Assembly (NCBI GenBank): GCA_036834845.1
Contig: DAITNB010000001.1
Coordinates: forward strand, 21,121-85,120
Reading direction: 5' to 3'
Length of the DNA stretch: 64,000 nt
Source: a bacterium
Lineage (GTDB): Bacteria > Bacteroidota > Ignavibacteria > Kapaibacteriales > Kapaibacteriaceae
Shown here: positions 36,698 through 46,292 of the stretch, one piece after another
How positions within the stretch are numbered: position 1 is the stretch's first letter
Layout: every line of letters begins with the position of its first letter
Position numbers and translations under genes: made by a program
The notes under the pieces: model-generated
What the model saw: only the letters and a program-made list of their open reading frames with translations
Told to the model about the DNA's origin: nothing
Databases searched by the model: none

Positions 36698-37280
36698 GAC
36701 GGAAGAGTTCCTTGTTACGAATGATATACGATGCCAGGGTGTAGAGAGACAGCAGCGTGATGAGCAACATTACAGCCGTTGTCCAAGTTGAATACAATGC
36801 GTTGTGTGCCCAGAGTCTGTGCGCCTCGGTGTTCCACGTTTGCTGTATCCAGTACAACACAAGCGTCCACGAAATAAACACCAACTGCAAGAACGTTTTT
36901 GCCTTTGCCGCCTGTGATGTTTGCATCACAGTTCCCTTGTCGTCGGCAATACTTCGTAGCGCCGTGGTGCCGAAGTCTCGAAGAACAACTACAATAACCA
37001 TCCACAATGGAATCACGTCCAGGAGAAACAATGCGATGAAGGCCATCGTGGTTAATACTTTGTCTGCAAGCGGATCGAGGAACACACCATGATCGCTAAC
37101 CTGACCATATCTGCGGGCAAGGTAACCATCGAGCCAGTCTGACCATGCGGCAATGATGAAGATCACTACGCCGGTGGTGATTACCCACTCTGTGCTTGCA
37201 AGAATGCAGAGCAAGAACAGCGGCGAAAGGAAGAGTCGCGCGAGTGTTACGATGTTCGCTATCGTAAATGTCATTGCCAT
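36690..37280 (-). CDS. pgsA: CDP-diacylglycerol--glycerol-3-phosphate 3-phosphatidyltransferase
   Basis: CDP-alcohol phosphatidyltransferase motif DWLDGYLARRYGQVSDHGVFLDPLADK. An alternative start at 37274 forms an ATGA overlap with the tpiA stop. Confidence 0.85.
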   Translation of the reverse strand: MAMTFTIANIVTLARLFLSPLFLLCILASTEWVITTGVVIFIIAAWSDWLDGYLARRYGQVSDHGVFLDPLADKVLTTMAFIALFLLDVIPLWMVIVVVLRDFGTTALRSIADDKGTVMQTSQAAKAKTFLQLVFISWTLVLYWIQQTWNTEAHRLWAHNALYSTWTTAVMLLITLLSLYTLASYIIRNKELFRRG

Positions 37281-38035
37281 GCACCTGCAGCGGAGGTGTA
37301 GATTTCCACGAAGGACTCAGCAGAGAGCGACGCACCACCAATAAGCGCTCCGTCGATGTTGCCACAAGCGAATAGTTCGGCAGCATTGGCAGGCGTTACA
37401 CTTCCGCCGTATACAATCGGTATGGCGCAGTATGTTACGGTGGAGAGACACTCGCGAATTGTTCCATGTGTTTCCTGCGCCTGCTCTGGAGTGGCTGCCA
37501 AACCTGTTCCGATTGCCCACACCGGCTCGTAGGCAACAATTACACTCTCGAGGTTGGTAGACTGCATCGCGGCGAAAACTTCTTCAATCTGCCTCATAAC
37601 TACCTTGGTTGTGCTTCCGGCGTTGCGTTCTTCAAGCAACTCGCCTACACAGATAATGGGTCGAAGTCCGCTCTCAATCGCCCGCACGGCCTTTTTTCCT
37701 ATCAGCTCGTTTGATTCTTGCTGATAGCGCCTACGCTCGGAGTGCCCTACAATCACAAAATCACAACCCAGTTCACGCAGCGCCACGGCACTTACTTCGC
37801 CTGTGTATGCCCCCTTTTCATCGTGGTGACAATTCTGAGCGCCTAATTGTATGTGGGAATCCTGGATCTCCCGCTGCGCTGCTTCGAGTGACGTGTACGG
37901 CGGACACACAACTACGGCAACAGAGCTCGCAGCGGCGGATTGCGGCATTTGCGCGCGAATAGACGCTACCAGACGCGCAGATTCCGTTGGAGTGGTGTGC
38001 ATTTTCCAGTTGCCAACCACAAGCTTTTCTCTCAT
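37271..38035 (-). CDS. tpiA: Triose-phosphate isomerase
   Basis: VVGNWKMH, ..VIVGHSERR.. and ..AYEPVWAIGTG.. motifs. Confidence 0.95.
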   Translation of the reverse strand: MREKLVVGNWKMHTTPTESARLVASIRAQMPQSAAASSVAVVVCPPYTSLEAAQREIQDSHIQLGAQNCHHDEKGAYTGEVSAVALRELGCDFVIVGHSERRRYQQESNELIGKKAVRAIESGLRPIICVGELLEERNAGSTTKVVMRQIEEVFAAMQSTNLESVIVAYEPVWAIGTGLAATPEQAQETHGTIRECLSTVTYCAIPIVYGGSVTPANAAELFACGNIDGALIGGASLSAESFVEIYTSAAGAWQ

Positions 38036-38580
38036 GGACGGTGCTCTCCTGTAACCTTGAAGATCTTGTAATGGGTAAGATACTGGTCGGACTCGAAGCC
38101 CGTTCCATGGATTGTTTCTGCCGGAGTAATTACCACCACCTTTTCGTTTGATTGAATTCGTTGCGTGGTATGGATCCAGTTCAAGCGGGGAGTTTTAAGC
38201 GTTGTGCGCACCGAGTCTGCACGGACAACAACATTGCCAAATGCCGTCATGTCCTTGGTTCGGTCTTCAATGACAACAGAGTCTGCCGTTAGCCGCGCCG
38301 CCCGGGCAGAATAGTCTTTGCGGTAGAAGTCTACAACTACGTTCCCGCTGAGACATGTTTGCTGTCTGTCCTCTCGCAGGATGCCCACATCAGCAGTTAT
38401 GTGTGCTTTTACAAACGAAGAGTCCGACAAAAGAATGTCGATCCCATACGAAATATGTGTTGGTGCCGTTAGAAATGGGTCGTCCTTTGCCTTCGAAGGC
38501 ATAACTCTTGGTTCGCAGCTAACGAGCACCGCGAACAACAGCAAAGCAAGCAGCATCTTGTTGAACATTAACGATGCCAA
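38032..38580 (-). CDS. lptC: LptC-like LPS export periplasmic protein (lipoprotein-type signal)
   Basis: Signal/lipobox ..LLLFAVLVSC, then an OstA/LptC-like beta-jellyroll pattern (..LSGNVVVDFY.., ..LTADSVVIEDRTKDMTAFGNVVVRAD.., ..TPRLNWIHTTQRIQSNEKVVVITPAETIHGTGFESDQYLTHYKIF). It lies directly downstream of kdsA. Confidence 0.55.
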   Translation of the reverse strand: MASLMFNKMLLALLLFAVLVSCEPRVMPSKAKDDPFLTAPTHISYGIDILLSDSSFVKAHITADVGILREDRQQTCLSGNVVVDFYRKDYSARAARLTADSVVIEDRTKDMTAFGNVVVRADSVRTTLKTPRLNWIHTTQRIQSNEKVVVITPAETIHGTGFESDQYLTHYKIFKVTGEHRP

Positions 38581-39347
38581 TGGTCTAGCACCATAGAAAG
38601 GAAATCTTTGGCCTCGCTTAACGGAAGTTGCGTAGCGGCGTCGCTTAACGCAGAGGCAGGATTAGGATGTGTTTCGAAAAACAATCCATCAATTCCAACG
38701 GCGGCAGCGGCTCTAGCCAAGGCAGGAATAAACTCTCTTTTTCCGCCCGATTGCGCCCCAACGGACGGTTGCTGAACGCTGTGTGTTGCGTCGAAGATCA
38801 CGGGATACCCCGCAGAGCGCATAATCACAAGGGATCGGAAATCCACCACTAGGTCGTGATACCCAAAACTCGTTCCACGTTCGGTTAGCCAAACGGAGGT
38901 GTTACCGGCACCTACCACCTTTGCGGCGGCTTTTGCCATATCGTCTGGCGCCATGAACTGCGCTTTTTTGATGTTTACTGTTTTGCCGGTGCGGGCCGCC
39001 GCCTCGAGCAGTGATGTTTGTCTGCTCAAAAAGGCAGGGATCTGCAGTACGTCTACATACGCTGCAGCCATTGCCGCTTCTGCATCGGCATGAATATCTG
39101 TAAGAGTGCGGGCGCCAATTGTCTTCCCTGCTTCGTGGAGATACTCGAGGGCTGCCAGATCTCCGATTCCCTGAAACGAACCCGCGCTGGTGCGGTTGGC
39201 TTTTCGGTAGGATCCCTTCAAAACAAGATCAACCGGGAGATCCGCGCAGATGTTTGCCAAATGCTCGGCAACATGCATGATTACATCGCGCGATTCCACA
39301 AGGCATGGTCCGGCGATGATAAGTGGTCTGGAGGTGGAAGACTGCAT
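38568..39347 (-). CDS. kdsA: 3-deoxy-8-phosphooctulonate (KDO8P) synthase
   Basis: ..LIIAGPCLVESRD.., ..KGSYRKANRTS.., ..DVLQIPAFLSRQT.., ..VNIKKAQFMAP.., ..IFDATHSVQQP.. and ..DGLFFETHPNP... The start is uncertain. I prefer MQSSTSRPLIIAGPC (39347) because a TAATTTCG box sits 5 nt upstream. Alternatives are 39365 (MDNFDPM) and the longest ORF at 39473. Confidence 0.9.
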   Translation of the reverse strand: MQSSTSRPLIIAGPCLVESRDVIMHVAEHLANICADLPVDLVLKGSYRKANRTSAGSFQGIGDLAALEYLHEAGKTIGARTLTDIHADAEAAMAAAYVDVLQIPAFLSRQTSLLEAAARTGKTVNIKKAQFMAPDDMAKAAAKVVGAGNTSVWLTERGTSFGYHDLVVDFRSLVIMRSAGYPVIFDATHSVQQPSVGAQSGGKREFIPALARAAAAVGIDGLFFETHPNPASALSDAATQLPLSEAKDFLSMVLDHWHR

Positions 39348-39394
39348 GGGGTCGAAATTATCCATTAAATTGGGCTCAGCAGCGAAAAGAGGTA

Positions 39395-42160
39395 ATGGCA
39401 GCACGTCCAGACAATATTCCCCTTCGTCGTCGAACATCATCAGATTCCGGTACTCCACCGGTAGACGACTCATCTCGTCCTCAGCAACGAACGCTGCAGG
39501 ATGAGCAAGACCGTATCCGTCGGTTCAAAATTGCTGCATGCCTAATGGCTCTTTTGGCCGTAATGGTTATGATAGCGCTGGTTTCCTACACTCAACGAGA
39601 CGAAGCGAATGCCCAACTCACGCTTCGAGACATGATGGGTGTTATTCGCGGCGATGATGCGCTGCGTGTGCGGTTCGACACAACGTACAATTGGCTGGGA
39701 TTGCTCGGAGCCGTAATCGCGCATTGGATGTTCACTGCAACAACAGGAATTTGGTCTGCCGTTATCCCCGTTTTAATGGGATTTTGGGCTGCAGATCTGT
39801 TTCGGTTCCAGCGTATTACGCCGCTGATTCGCCGTAGAAGCATCACGGCTCTGGTTACCGCTGTGTCCGTAGCCGCTTTCCTTGGAACACTTCAACTTGT
39901 AGAGTTTACCTCGTGGTTGCCCCGCGAAAGCTGTGGTGCTATTGGTCAGTTCTTGGCCGGTGTTACCACACAATTTGTGGGTCGTGCCGGCAGTGCTCTT
40001 GTTTGGATTACGGTGCTCGCCTTTACGGTTGTCCTTGGATTCGATCTGGATCTCTCTCGACTTGGCATTGCCTCTAAGGGGCTGGCAGAAAAGTTCAGGC
40101 AGCAACTGCAGCGCAAACCCGTCCGGACCGAAGATCCGGGCGAGCCAGAAGATGCGGATCCGCAGCCGGAGCACCTCACCGATGAAGACGTGTCTGATGT
40201 TGCACCGAGCAATGAAGGCATAGGTTTTATCCGCCGTCCGGCCCGTGTGGAGAAGCGAGACGAAGAACCGGCCGCCATGATTCCGCGCGGAAAGCCACTA
40301 CTCGATGATGAGGAAGAGGCGCCAGGCGCACCTCGGCAACTTTCGGGCTCGGTGCGTATCCTGCGCCCCACGCCTCCTAAACCGCCCGCACCAATTGCAG
40401 AAGACATACCCGAGGAAGACAGAGAATCGGAACCGCCAACGGTGAAGATCGAGGATCTTAAGCGGAAGATCCAGGAGTTGCATCCAGGCAGGGTAGTAGA
40501 CGGCGAAGACCCGGCCGAGGATGATACCGCCGATGATGAGGTAGACACTGAAGACTCGCCCGAGGCAAAACCTGTGGTTTCGCATCCACGGCCGCGCGTG
40601 GATCGCCCCCTAACCGTAACCGTGCAAGACACTCTGTTTCCGGTTGAGCCCGAGATTCAGCTTGCCAACAAAACTCTCTACGACGAAGAGATTGCCTATC
40701 GTCCGCCTACTGCCGGACTTCTCGTAGAAGTGAAGGACGATGCGGGTGTAAACGATGCAGAGCTCGAAGCTAATGCACGAACACTCCAAGAAAAACTCGA
40801 GACATTCCGTGTGCGGATCGAAAACCTTACTGTTACGCCGGGTCCGGTAGTTACGCAGTATGAGTTCGTGCCCGCATCGGGAATTAAGGTGTCGCAGATC
40901 GAAAACCTTGCCGACGATATAGCACTGGCGCTGAAAGCCCAGGGTGTGCGCATCATTGCTCCAATCCCCGGCAAAGGAACCGTGGGTATCGAGATACCCA
41001 ATCAGCATCCTTCGATTGTTCGCTTTAGTTCAATCATCAAGAGTCCTAAGTACCACAATGCAGACATCAAGCTGCCGTTGGCAATGGGCAAAACGGTTAT
41101 TGGCGAGGTATACTGCGCAGACCTAACGAAGATGCCCCACCTACTTATTGCAGGTGCAACAGGCAAGGGCAAGTCTGTGGGTATTAATACGATTATTGCC
41201 TCGCTGCTTTATCGTATGCATCCTCGCGATTTAAAGTTTGTGATCATCGATCCAAAGCGCGTAGAGATGAACCTGTATGCTGCGTTGCGTGATCACTTCT
41301 TGGCTGTTTCGCCAGACATCGAAGAGTCTATCGTTACCTCGCCACAGAATGCTGTTACCGTGCTCAAGGCATTGGTCGAAGAAATGCAGCAACGGTTCAG
41401 TATACTGGCTGCGGCCGGACAGCGAAACATCACAGACTACAATCAGAAGGTTCGCGACGGAAAGATTAAGGACAAGGGTGGCATCATTCATCGTCCGATG
41501 CCATTCATCGTTGTGATTATAGACGAGCTGGCAGACCTTATGATGACGGCATCAAAGGAAGTTGAAGAGCCAATCTGTAGGTTGGCGCAGCTTGCTCGCG
41601 CCGTTGGTATCCACTGTATTGTGGCAACACAACGGCCAAGTGTAGACGTAGTTACCGGGCTTATCAAAGCCAACTTCCCAGCACGTATTGCCTACCAAGT
41701 ATCTTCTCGGATAGACTCCCGCACAATTCTCGATGGTACGGGAGCAGAACATCTCATTGGTAATGGAGACATGTTGTTTGCACCGGGTAACACACCGTTA
41801 CCTATCCGGATGCAAAACGCGTTTATCTCCACCGAAGAGGTGGAGGCTATCTGCGAATGGATTGGTGGCCAACACGGGTACTCCACACCCTACATGCTGC
41901 CGAGCGTTTCTAAACGCTCCGGCAACGCTGGATCTGGTTCTGATGACCGCGATGCATTGTTTGAGGATGCCGCAAGGATATTTATTCAGCTTCAGCAAGC
42001 ATCTACATCAACGCTGCAGCGCCGTTTGAAAATCGGCTACGCTCGGGCCGCCCGCATTGTAGACGAACTTGAGATGGCCGGAATCGTTGGTCCGCCCGAT
42101 GGCTCTCGTGGACGTCCGGTATTGCTGCAAAGCGAGTCGGAACTCGAGGCCTATCTCTAG
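39395..42160 (+). CDS. ftsK: DNA translocase FtsK/SpoIIIE
   Basis: N-terminal TM helices, a long acidic/Pro-rich linker, a motor domain with Walker A (LLIAGATGKGKSV) and Walker B-like (VVIIDELADLM), and a C-terminal gamma winged-helix (..STSTLQRRLKIGYARAARIVDELE..). I prefer the start at MAARPDN (39395, preceded by AAGAGG). The longest ORF starts at 39323. Confidence 0.93.
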   Translation: MAARPDNIPLRRRTSSDSGTPPVDDSSRPQQRTLQDEQDRIRRFKIAACLMALLAVMVMIALVSYTQRDEANAQLTLRDMMGVIRGDDALRVRFDTTYNWLGLLGAVIAHWMFTATTGIWSAVIPVLMGFWAADLFRFQRITPLIRRRSITALVTAVSVAAFLGTLQLVEFTSWLPRESCGAIGQFLAGVTTQFVGRAGSALVWITVLAFTVVLGFDLDLSRLGIASKGLAEKFRQQLQRKPVRTEDPGEPEDADPQPEHLTDEDVSDVAPSNEGIGFIRRPARVEKRDEEPAAMIPRGKPLLDDEEEAPGAPRQLSGSVRILRPTPPKPPAPIAEDIPEEDRESEPPTVKIEDLKRKIQELHPGRVVDGEDPAEDDTADDEVDTEDSPEAKPVVSHPRPRVDRPLTVTVQDTLFPVEPEIQLANKTLYDEEIAYRPPTAGLLVEVKDDAGVNDAELEANARTLQEKLETFRVRIENLTVTPGPVVTQYEFVPASGIKVSQIENLADDIALALKAQGVRIIAPIPGKGTVGIEIPNQHPSIVRFSSIIKSPKYHNADIKLPLAMGKTVIGEVYCADLTKMPHLLIAGATGKGKSVGINTIIASLLYRMHPRDLKFVIIDPKRVEMNLYAALRDHFLAVSPDIEESIVTSPQNAVTVLKALVEEMQQRFSILAAAGQRNITDYNQKVRDGKIKDKGGIIHRPMPFIVVIIDELADLMMTASKEVEEPICRLAQLARAVGIHCIVATQRPSVDVVTGLIKANFPARIAYQVSSRIDSRTILDGTGAEHLIGNGDMLFAPGNTPLPIRMQNAFISTEEVEAICEWIGGQHGYSTPYMLPSVSKRSGNAGSGSDDRDALFEDAARIFIQLQQASTSTLQRRLKIGYARAARIVDELEMAGIVGPPDGSRGRPVLLQSESELEAYL

Positions 42161-43224
42161 AGTAACCGCGCGATGATTCGATGAAATGCATGAACACCCT
42201 GTTCGCGCAAGGGTGAATACCGCCCCCTCGTATATGCCCTGCTTTGCAGACCCTTGGCTACACTTTCTACAATCTCATCATCTTCGTGCTCTACAGTATC
42301 TAGGTCCGACCCCGCCCCCGTATTCAACAGATCATCCCGCAGAACATAGGTGCGGTAGTGAACAATCGTTTCGTTCGTAGAAACCGGTTCAACAATGTTC
42401 AATGAAATCCCCCATGGGTACACATTGATCATGATGTTGGGAAACACAAAGTAGTAGTAGGCCGCAACGCGCTTTCCTGCGTCAACATGGTTGGGCGGCA
42501 GGTGGAACACAACATCGTTCTCCCGAGCGATGCCAATCTGCAGTACCGACCAAGGAAGAATGTGTGTTTCATAGAGACTAAAGTCGAGCACAGCATTTAA
42601 GCCACCGTGCACAAACGGGATATGAAAACCCTCGAGGTAGTTTTCCACATACGTGGCCCAATGACACTGTACCGTAAACGAACGCAGAAGATCGGTGCGC
42701 AACGAGCAGTTCTGTAACTCTAGGTAGCCGGTTCGGCGTCGAATATCTGCAAACACCTCCTCAAACAGCATGTTCTCCCGGCCAATACACGTAAACAGCA
42801 GACCTTCCCACTCCCGCAGCGGATACTGCTTTAGGTGGTCTGTAGCAGACGGAAAACCCTCTACGCCGCCGAATTCCGGCATGTAGGAGCATTTCCCGTT
42901 GCTGCTAAAACGTCGGCCATGATATCCGCAGCGGATCTCTTTTAGGGGGCAGGCACTCCGCAGAAGGATGTTTCCACGATGCGTGCACACGTTCGAGAGA
43001 ATGCTCGGAGTACTGCCATCGGACACAAGAATCACCGGCTCGGCAAGAGTCTTTGGAAGCAGAGTTAGCGGTTCCATTCCGCTGCTACGCGGGTTTTCCG
43101 AAACAAACTGCCACGAACCAAGAAATAGTGCCTCTAAGGCCTGGGCAAATGCCGCGCTGCTACGATACCATTCGGAGGGAATTGTCTCGGCGCGGGCAAT
43201 GTTAGGATCGATGGTAAAGTGCAT
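42157..43224 (-). CDS. Rieske [2Fe-2S] non-heme-iron oxygenase, alpha-subunit-like
   Basis: Rieske motif CTHRGNIL..(17 aa)..CGYHGRRF, and a catalytic-domain His pair region (..NYLEGFHIPFVHGG..). Confidence 0.8.
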   Translation of the reverse strand: MHFTIDPNIARAETIPSEWYRSSAAFAQALEALFLGSWQFVSENPRSSGMEPLTLLPKTLAEPVILVSDGSTPSILSNVCTHRGNILLRSACPLKEIRCGYHGRRFSSNGKCSYMPEFGGVEGFPSATDHLKQYPLREWEGLLFTCIGRENMLFEEVFADIRRRTGYLELQNCSLRTDLLRSFTVQCHWATYVENYLEGFHIPFVHGGLNAVLDFSLYETHILPWSVLQIGIARENDVVFHLPPNHVDAGKRVAAYYYFVFPNIMINVYPWGISLNIVEPVSTNETIVHYRTYVLRDDLLNTGAGSDLDTVEHEDDEIVESVAKGLQSRAYTRGRYSPLREQGVHAFHRIIARLL

Positions 43225-43249
43225 TCTCTTTCCTCAGTGTTTGCGATTG

Positions 43250-43257
43250 CGAAACTA
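43250..43257 (-). promoter_or_regulatory. Variant -7 box TAGTTTCG (context CGTAGTTTCG) upstream of the Rieske oxygenase gene
   Basis: 25 nt upstream of the ATG at 43224. It sits back-to-back with the uvrA box in the same 85-bp divergent intergenic region. Confidence 0.3.
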
Positions 43258-43282
43258 CGCCCATTGGGCAGCAGGACAGTCG

Positions 43283-43290
43283 TAACTTTG
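43283..43290 (+). promoter_or_regulatory. -7 box TAACTTTG (context CGTAACTTTG) upstream of uvrA
   Basis: Perfect TAnnTTTG, 25 nt upstream of the ATG at 43316. The same 10-mer occurs upstream of gyrA. Confidence 0.4.
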
Positions 43291-43315
43291 TGGTCACGCA
43301 GTTTCTATAGTGCCA

Positions 43316-46219
43316 ATGAAGCCCCCTTTCGACCCCACAACAGTTATCGGCCAAGAGCATACAACCATCTCCGTGCGTGGTGCGCGCGAGCACAATCTCA
43401 AGAACATTTCGCTCGATATCCCGCGTGATACCTTAACGGTAATAACCGGACTTAGCGGTTCGGGAAAGTCTTCGCTGGCGTTCGACACGGTATATGCCGA
43501 GGGTCAGCGTAGATACGTAGAATGTATGTCGTCCTACGCCCGGCAGTTTCTCGGCGTTATGAAGAAGCCGGATGTGGATGTAATAGAGGGTTTATCCCCC
43601 GCCATCTCTATCGAGCAAAAAAGCGTTGGAATGAGTCCACGCTCAACCGTGGGCACCGTTACAGAGATTTACGACTACCTGCGATTACTCTACGCGAAGA
43701 TTGGTGTGCAGTATTGTGTTCAGTGCAACATTCCGGTTCGGCAGCAGACACTCGATCAGATACTCGACTCGCTGTATGCACATCCCGTGGGCACAAGACT
43801 CCAGATTCTTAGTCCGGTAGTGAAGGGGCGCAAAGGACACTATCGAGAGCTGTTCGAGCAGTTTCGGCGTCAAGGTTTTACTCGTGTGCGCATAGATGGC
43901 GAGCTAGTGGAGATAACCGAGGGCATGCAGTTAGCGCGGTACAAGGTGCACACCATCGAACTCGTTATCGACAGACTTGCCACCGAGCCCGATAACCCCA
44001 AAAGACTTCGCGAGAGTGTAGAAACAGCACTCCATCTTGGTGAAGGGGGCATTACCATTCTCCGAGAGGAAGCCAACGGCGGGTGGGCAGAACATTTCTA
44101 CAGTACACAGTATGCATGTCCACAATGCGGAACATCATACGAAACACCCGCTCCCAACATGTTTTCGTTTAACTCTCCGTTTGGGGCATGTAACGTGTGC
44201 TCCGGTATTGGGGAGATGAACGACTTCGACAAGGCGTTGGTGGTGCCCGATCCAAATTTGGCGCTTGACTCGGGAGGTATTGCCCCCTTAGGAAAACGTC
44301 GCGAAACGTGGTTGTGGAAACAAGTTCACGCGTGGTGCGAGCAGCGTGGAATTGCCCTGAATACAAAGATTTCCGACTTCGATCCGAAGGCACTTCAGGA
44401 GCTTCTTTATGGTTCCGAAGGCGAGTCTGTTAACGTAACGTATGGCACCACACACGTAAAACACTCCTTTATTGGCGTCCTACCATCATTGCGCCATCAG
44501 TACGAGCAAACAACTACGACTACTGTTCGCAAGAGCATCGAGCGCTACTTTGCTACGGTTCCCTGCCGCGCTTGCCAAGGGCATCGGCTAAAGCGCGCAC
44601 ACCTACACGTGCGTGTGGCAGACAAAGGTATTCATCAGGTAACCACACTCGATATCCTCTCGGCCAAGGACTGGTTCACAACTCTCTCCGTGCAACTCAC
44701 GGATCGTCAGCAGATCATCGCGCACCTTATCCTCAAAGAAATAACCACCCGACTTGGCTTTCTTAGCGAGGTTGGATTAAACTACCTCACGCTCGATCGC
44801 AGTGCGCGCACCCTTTCGGGCGGCGAGTCGCAACGCATCCGACTAGCATCGCAGATTGGGTCGCAGCTTGTTGGAGTAACATACGTTCTTGACGAGCCAA
44901 GTATTGGTCTGCACCAACACGACAACGCCAAACTCATTGCATCGCTAAAGACACTACGCAACATTGGAAACACCATTGTAGTGGTAGAGCATGACAGAGA
45001 GATGATAGAGGAGGCCGATCATGTAATAGACATTGGACCCGGCGCCGGCGTACATGGTGGAGAAATTGTTGCCACGTTTTCTATGATGAGCGAAGCAACT
45101 CGGCCCAAATCCCTTTCATCTGCAACCGTGGATCGCTCCTTAACGCTGCAATACCTCACCGGAAAACGCACCGTAGAAACGCCATCAGAGCGTAGAGTGG
45201 GCAACGGCAAAACGCTCCGACTTGTAGGAGCCCGTGGCAACAATCTCAACAATGTAACTGTGGAGATACCGCTTGGCACCTTTACATGCGTAACCGGAAT
45301 GAGCGGTTCGGGAAAAAGCACGCTTATCAATGATACCCTTTACCCGATCCTCTCGAAGCACTTTCATCATGCCGATGTGGCGGCGCTACCATATGATTCG
45401 ATTGAGGGTTTAGACAGTATCGATAAAGTGATCGAGATTGATCAGACCCCTATTGGGCGCACGCCTCGGTCGAATCCGGCAACATACACTGGGCTATTCA
45501 CGCAGATTCGCGACTTCTTTACGCTGCTTCCGGAAGCGAAGATTCGCGGCTATGCTGCCGGACGATTTAGCTTTAATGTTTCTGGAGGTAGGTGCGAAGA
45601 GTGCGAAGGTGTAGGCATACGCAAAATCGAGATGAGCTTTCTGCCCGACGTGTACGTTCCGTGCGATAGTTGCGGAGGGAGGCGGTATAACACCGAAACG
45701 CTCAGTGTACGGTTTAAGGGCAAATCAATATCCGATGTGCTGAATATGACCGTTGAGGAGGCATATGCGTTGTTCGCAGACATACCTAAGATCCGCACAA
45801 AACTTGGTGCGTTGATGGATGTGGGTCTTACGTACATCACCCTGGGTCAGCAGGCGCCTACCCTTTCTGGTGGTGAGGCACAACGTGTGAAACTTGCCAC
45901 CGAACTCTCGAGAGCCAGCACCGGTAAAACACTCTACCTGTTAGATGAACCAACAACCGGACTGCATTTCGAAGACACACGTGTGCTGCTTCGGCTTCTG
46001 AATAAACTGGTGGAAAAAGGCAATACGGTTGTTGTAATCGAACACAACTTGGACGTAATCACGTTTGCCGACCATATCATCGATCTGGGTCCGGGCGGCG
46101 GAAGAGACGGTGGCTACCTTGTGGCAGCCGGAACGCCGGAGCACGTGGCGGGCATACCGGAAAGCATCACCGGTAGATATATTCGATCGGAGCTCGACGC
46201 AATTCGATTGAGACGGTAG
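43316..46219 (+). CDS. uvrA: Excinuclease ABC subunit A
   Basis: ..[37 protein letters not shown].., zinc-finger Cys pairs, and a second ATPase with ..[15 protein letters not shown].. and ..[12 protein letters not shown]... ATG at 43316 is preferred; GTG at 43310 is the ORF-track start. Confidence 0.97.
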   Translation: MKPPFDPTTVIGQEHTTISVRGAREHNLKNISLDIPRDTLTVITGLSGSGKSSLAFDTVYAEGQRRYVECMSSYARQFLGVMKKPDVDVIEGLSPAISIEQKSVGMSPRSTVGTVTEIYDYLRLLYAKIGVQYCVQCNIPVRQQTLDQILDSLYAHPVGTRLQILSPVVKGRKGHYRELFEQFRRQGFTRVRIDGELVEITEGMQLARYKVHTIELVIDRLATEPDNPKRLRESVETALHLGEGGITILREEANGGWAEHFYSTQYACPQCGTSYETPAPNMFSFNSPFGACNVCSGIGEMNDFDKALVVPDPNLALDSGGIAPLGKRRETWLWKQVHAWCEQRGIALNTKISDFDPKALQELLYGSEGESVNVTYGTTHVKHSFIGVLPSLRHQYEQTTTTTVRKSIERYFATVPCRACQGHRLKRAHLHVRVADKGIHQVTTLDILSAKDWFTTLSVQLTDRQQIIAHLILKEITTRLGFLSEVGLNYLTLDRSARTLSGGESQRIRLASQIGSQLVGVTYVLDEPSIGLHQHDNAKLIASLKTLRNIGNTIVVVEHDREMIEEADHVIDIGPGAGVHGGEIVATFSMMSEATRPKSLSSATVDRSLTLQYLTGKRTVETPSERRVGNGKTLRLVGARGNNLNNVTVEIPLGTFTCVTGMSGSGKSTLINDTLYPILSKHFHHADVAALPYDSIEGLDSIDKVIEIDQTPIGRTPRSNPATYTGLFTQIRDFFTLLPEAKIRGYAAGRFSFNVSGGRCEECEGVGIRKIEMSFLPDVYVPCDSCGGRRYNTETLSVRFKGKSISDVLNMTVEEAYALFADIPKIRTKLGALMDVGLTYITLGQQAPTLSGGEAQRVKLATELSRASTGKTLYLLDEPTTGLHFEDTRVLLRLLNKLVEKGNTVVVIEHNLDVITFADHIIDLGPGGGRDGGYLVAAGTPEHVAGIPESITGRYIRSELDAIRLRR

Positions 46220-46292
46220 GCAACAGAATCAGGGACTAAACGTCGTGGGCACGGCATAACTTGCATGAATTTGTACCGGGGACTAACTACGA

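Noticed and set aside
39946-40632. A 228-aa Ser/Gly/Arg-rich ORF on the minus strand inside ftsK
   Set aside because: It is the antisense mirror of the acidic/Pro-rich FtsK linker codons. It is low-complexity and has no start context. The plus-strand frame has clear FtsK homology on both sides.
43241-43252. The tandem direct repeat TTGCGATTGCGA in the Rieske/uvrA intergenic region
   Set aside because: It is only two copies of a hexamer, and it overlaps the CGTAGTTTCG promoter box. It is too short to separate from chance.
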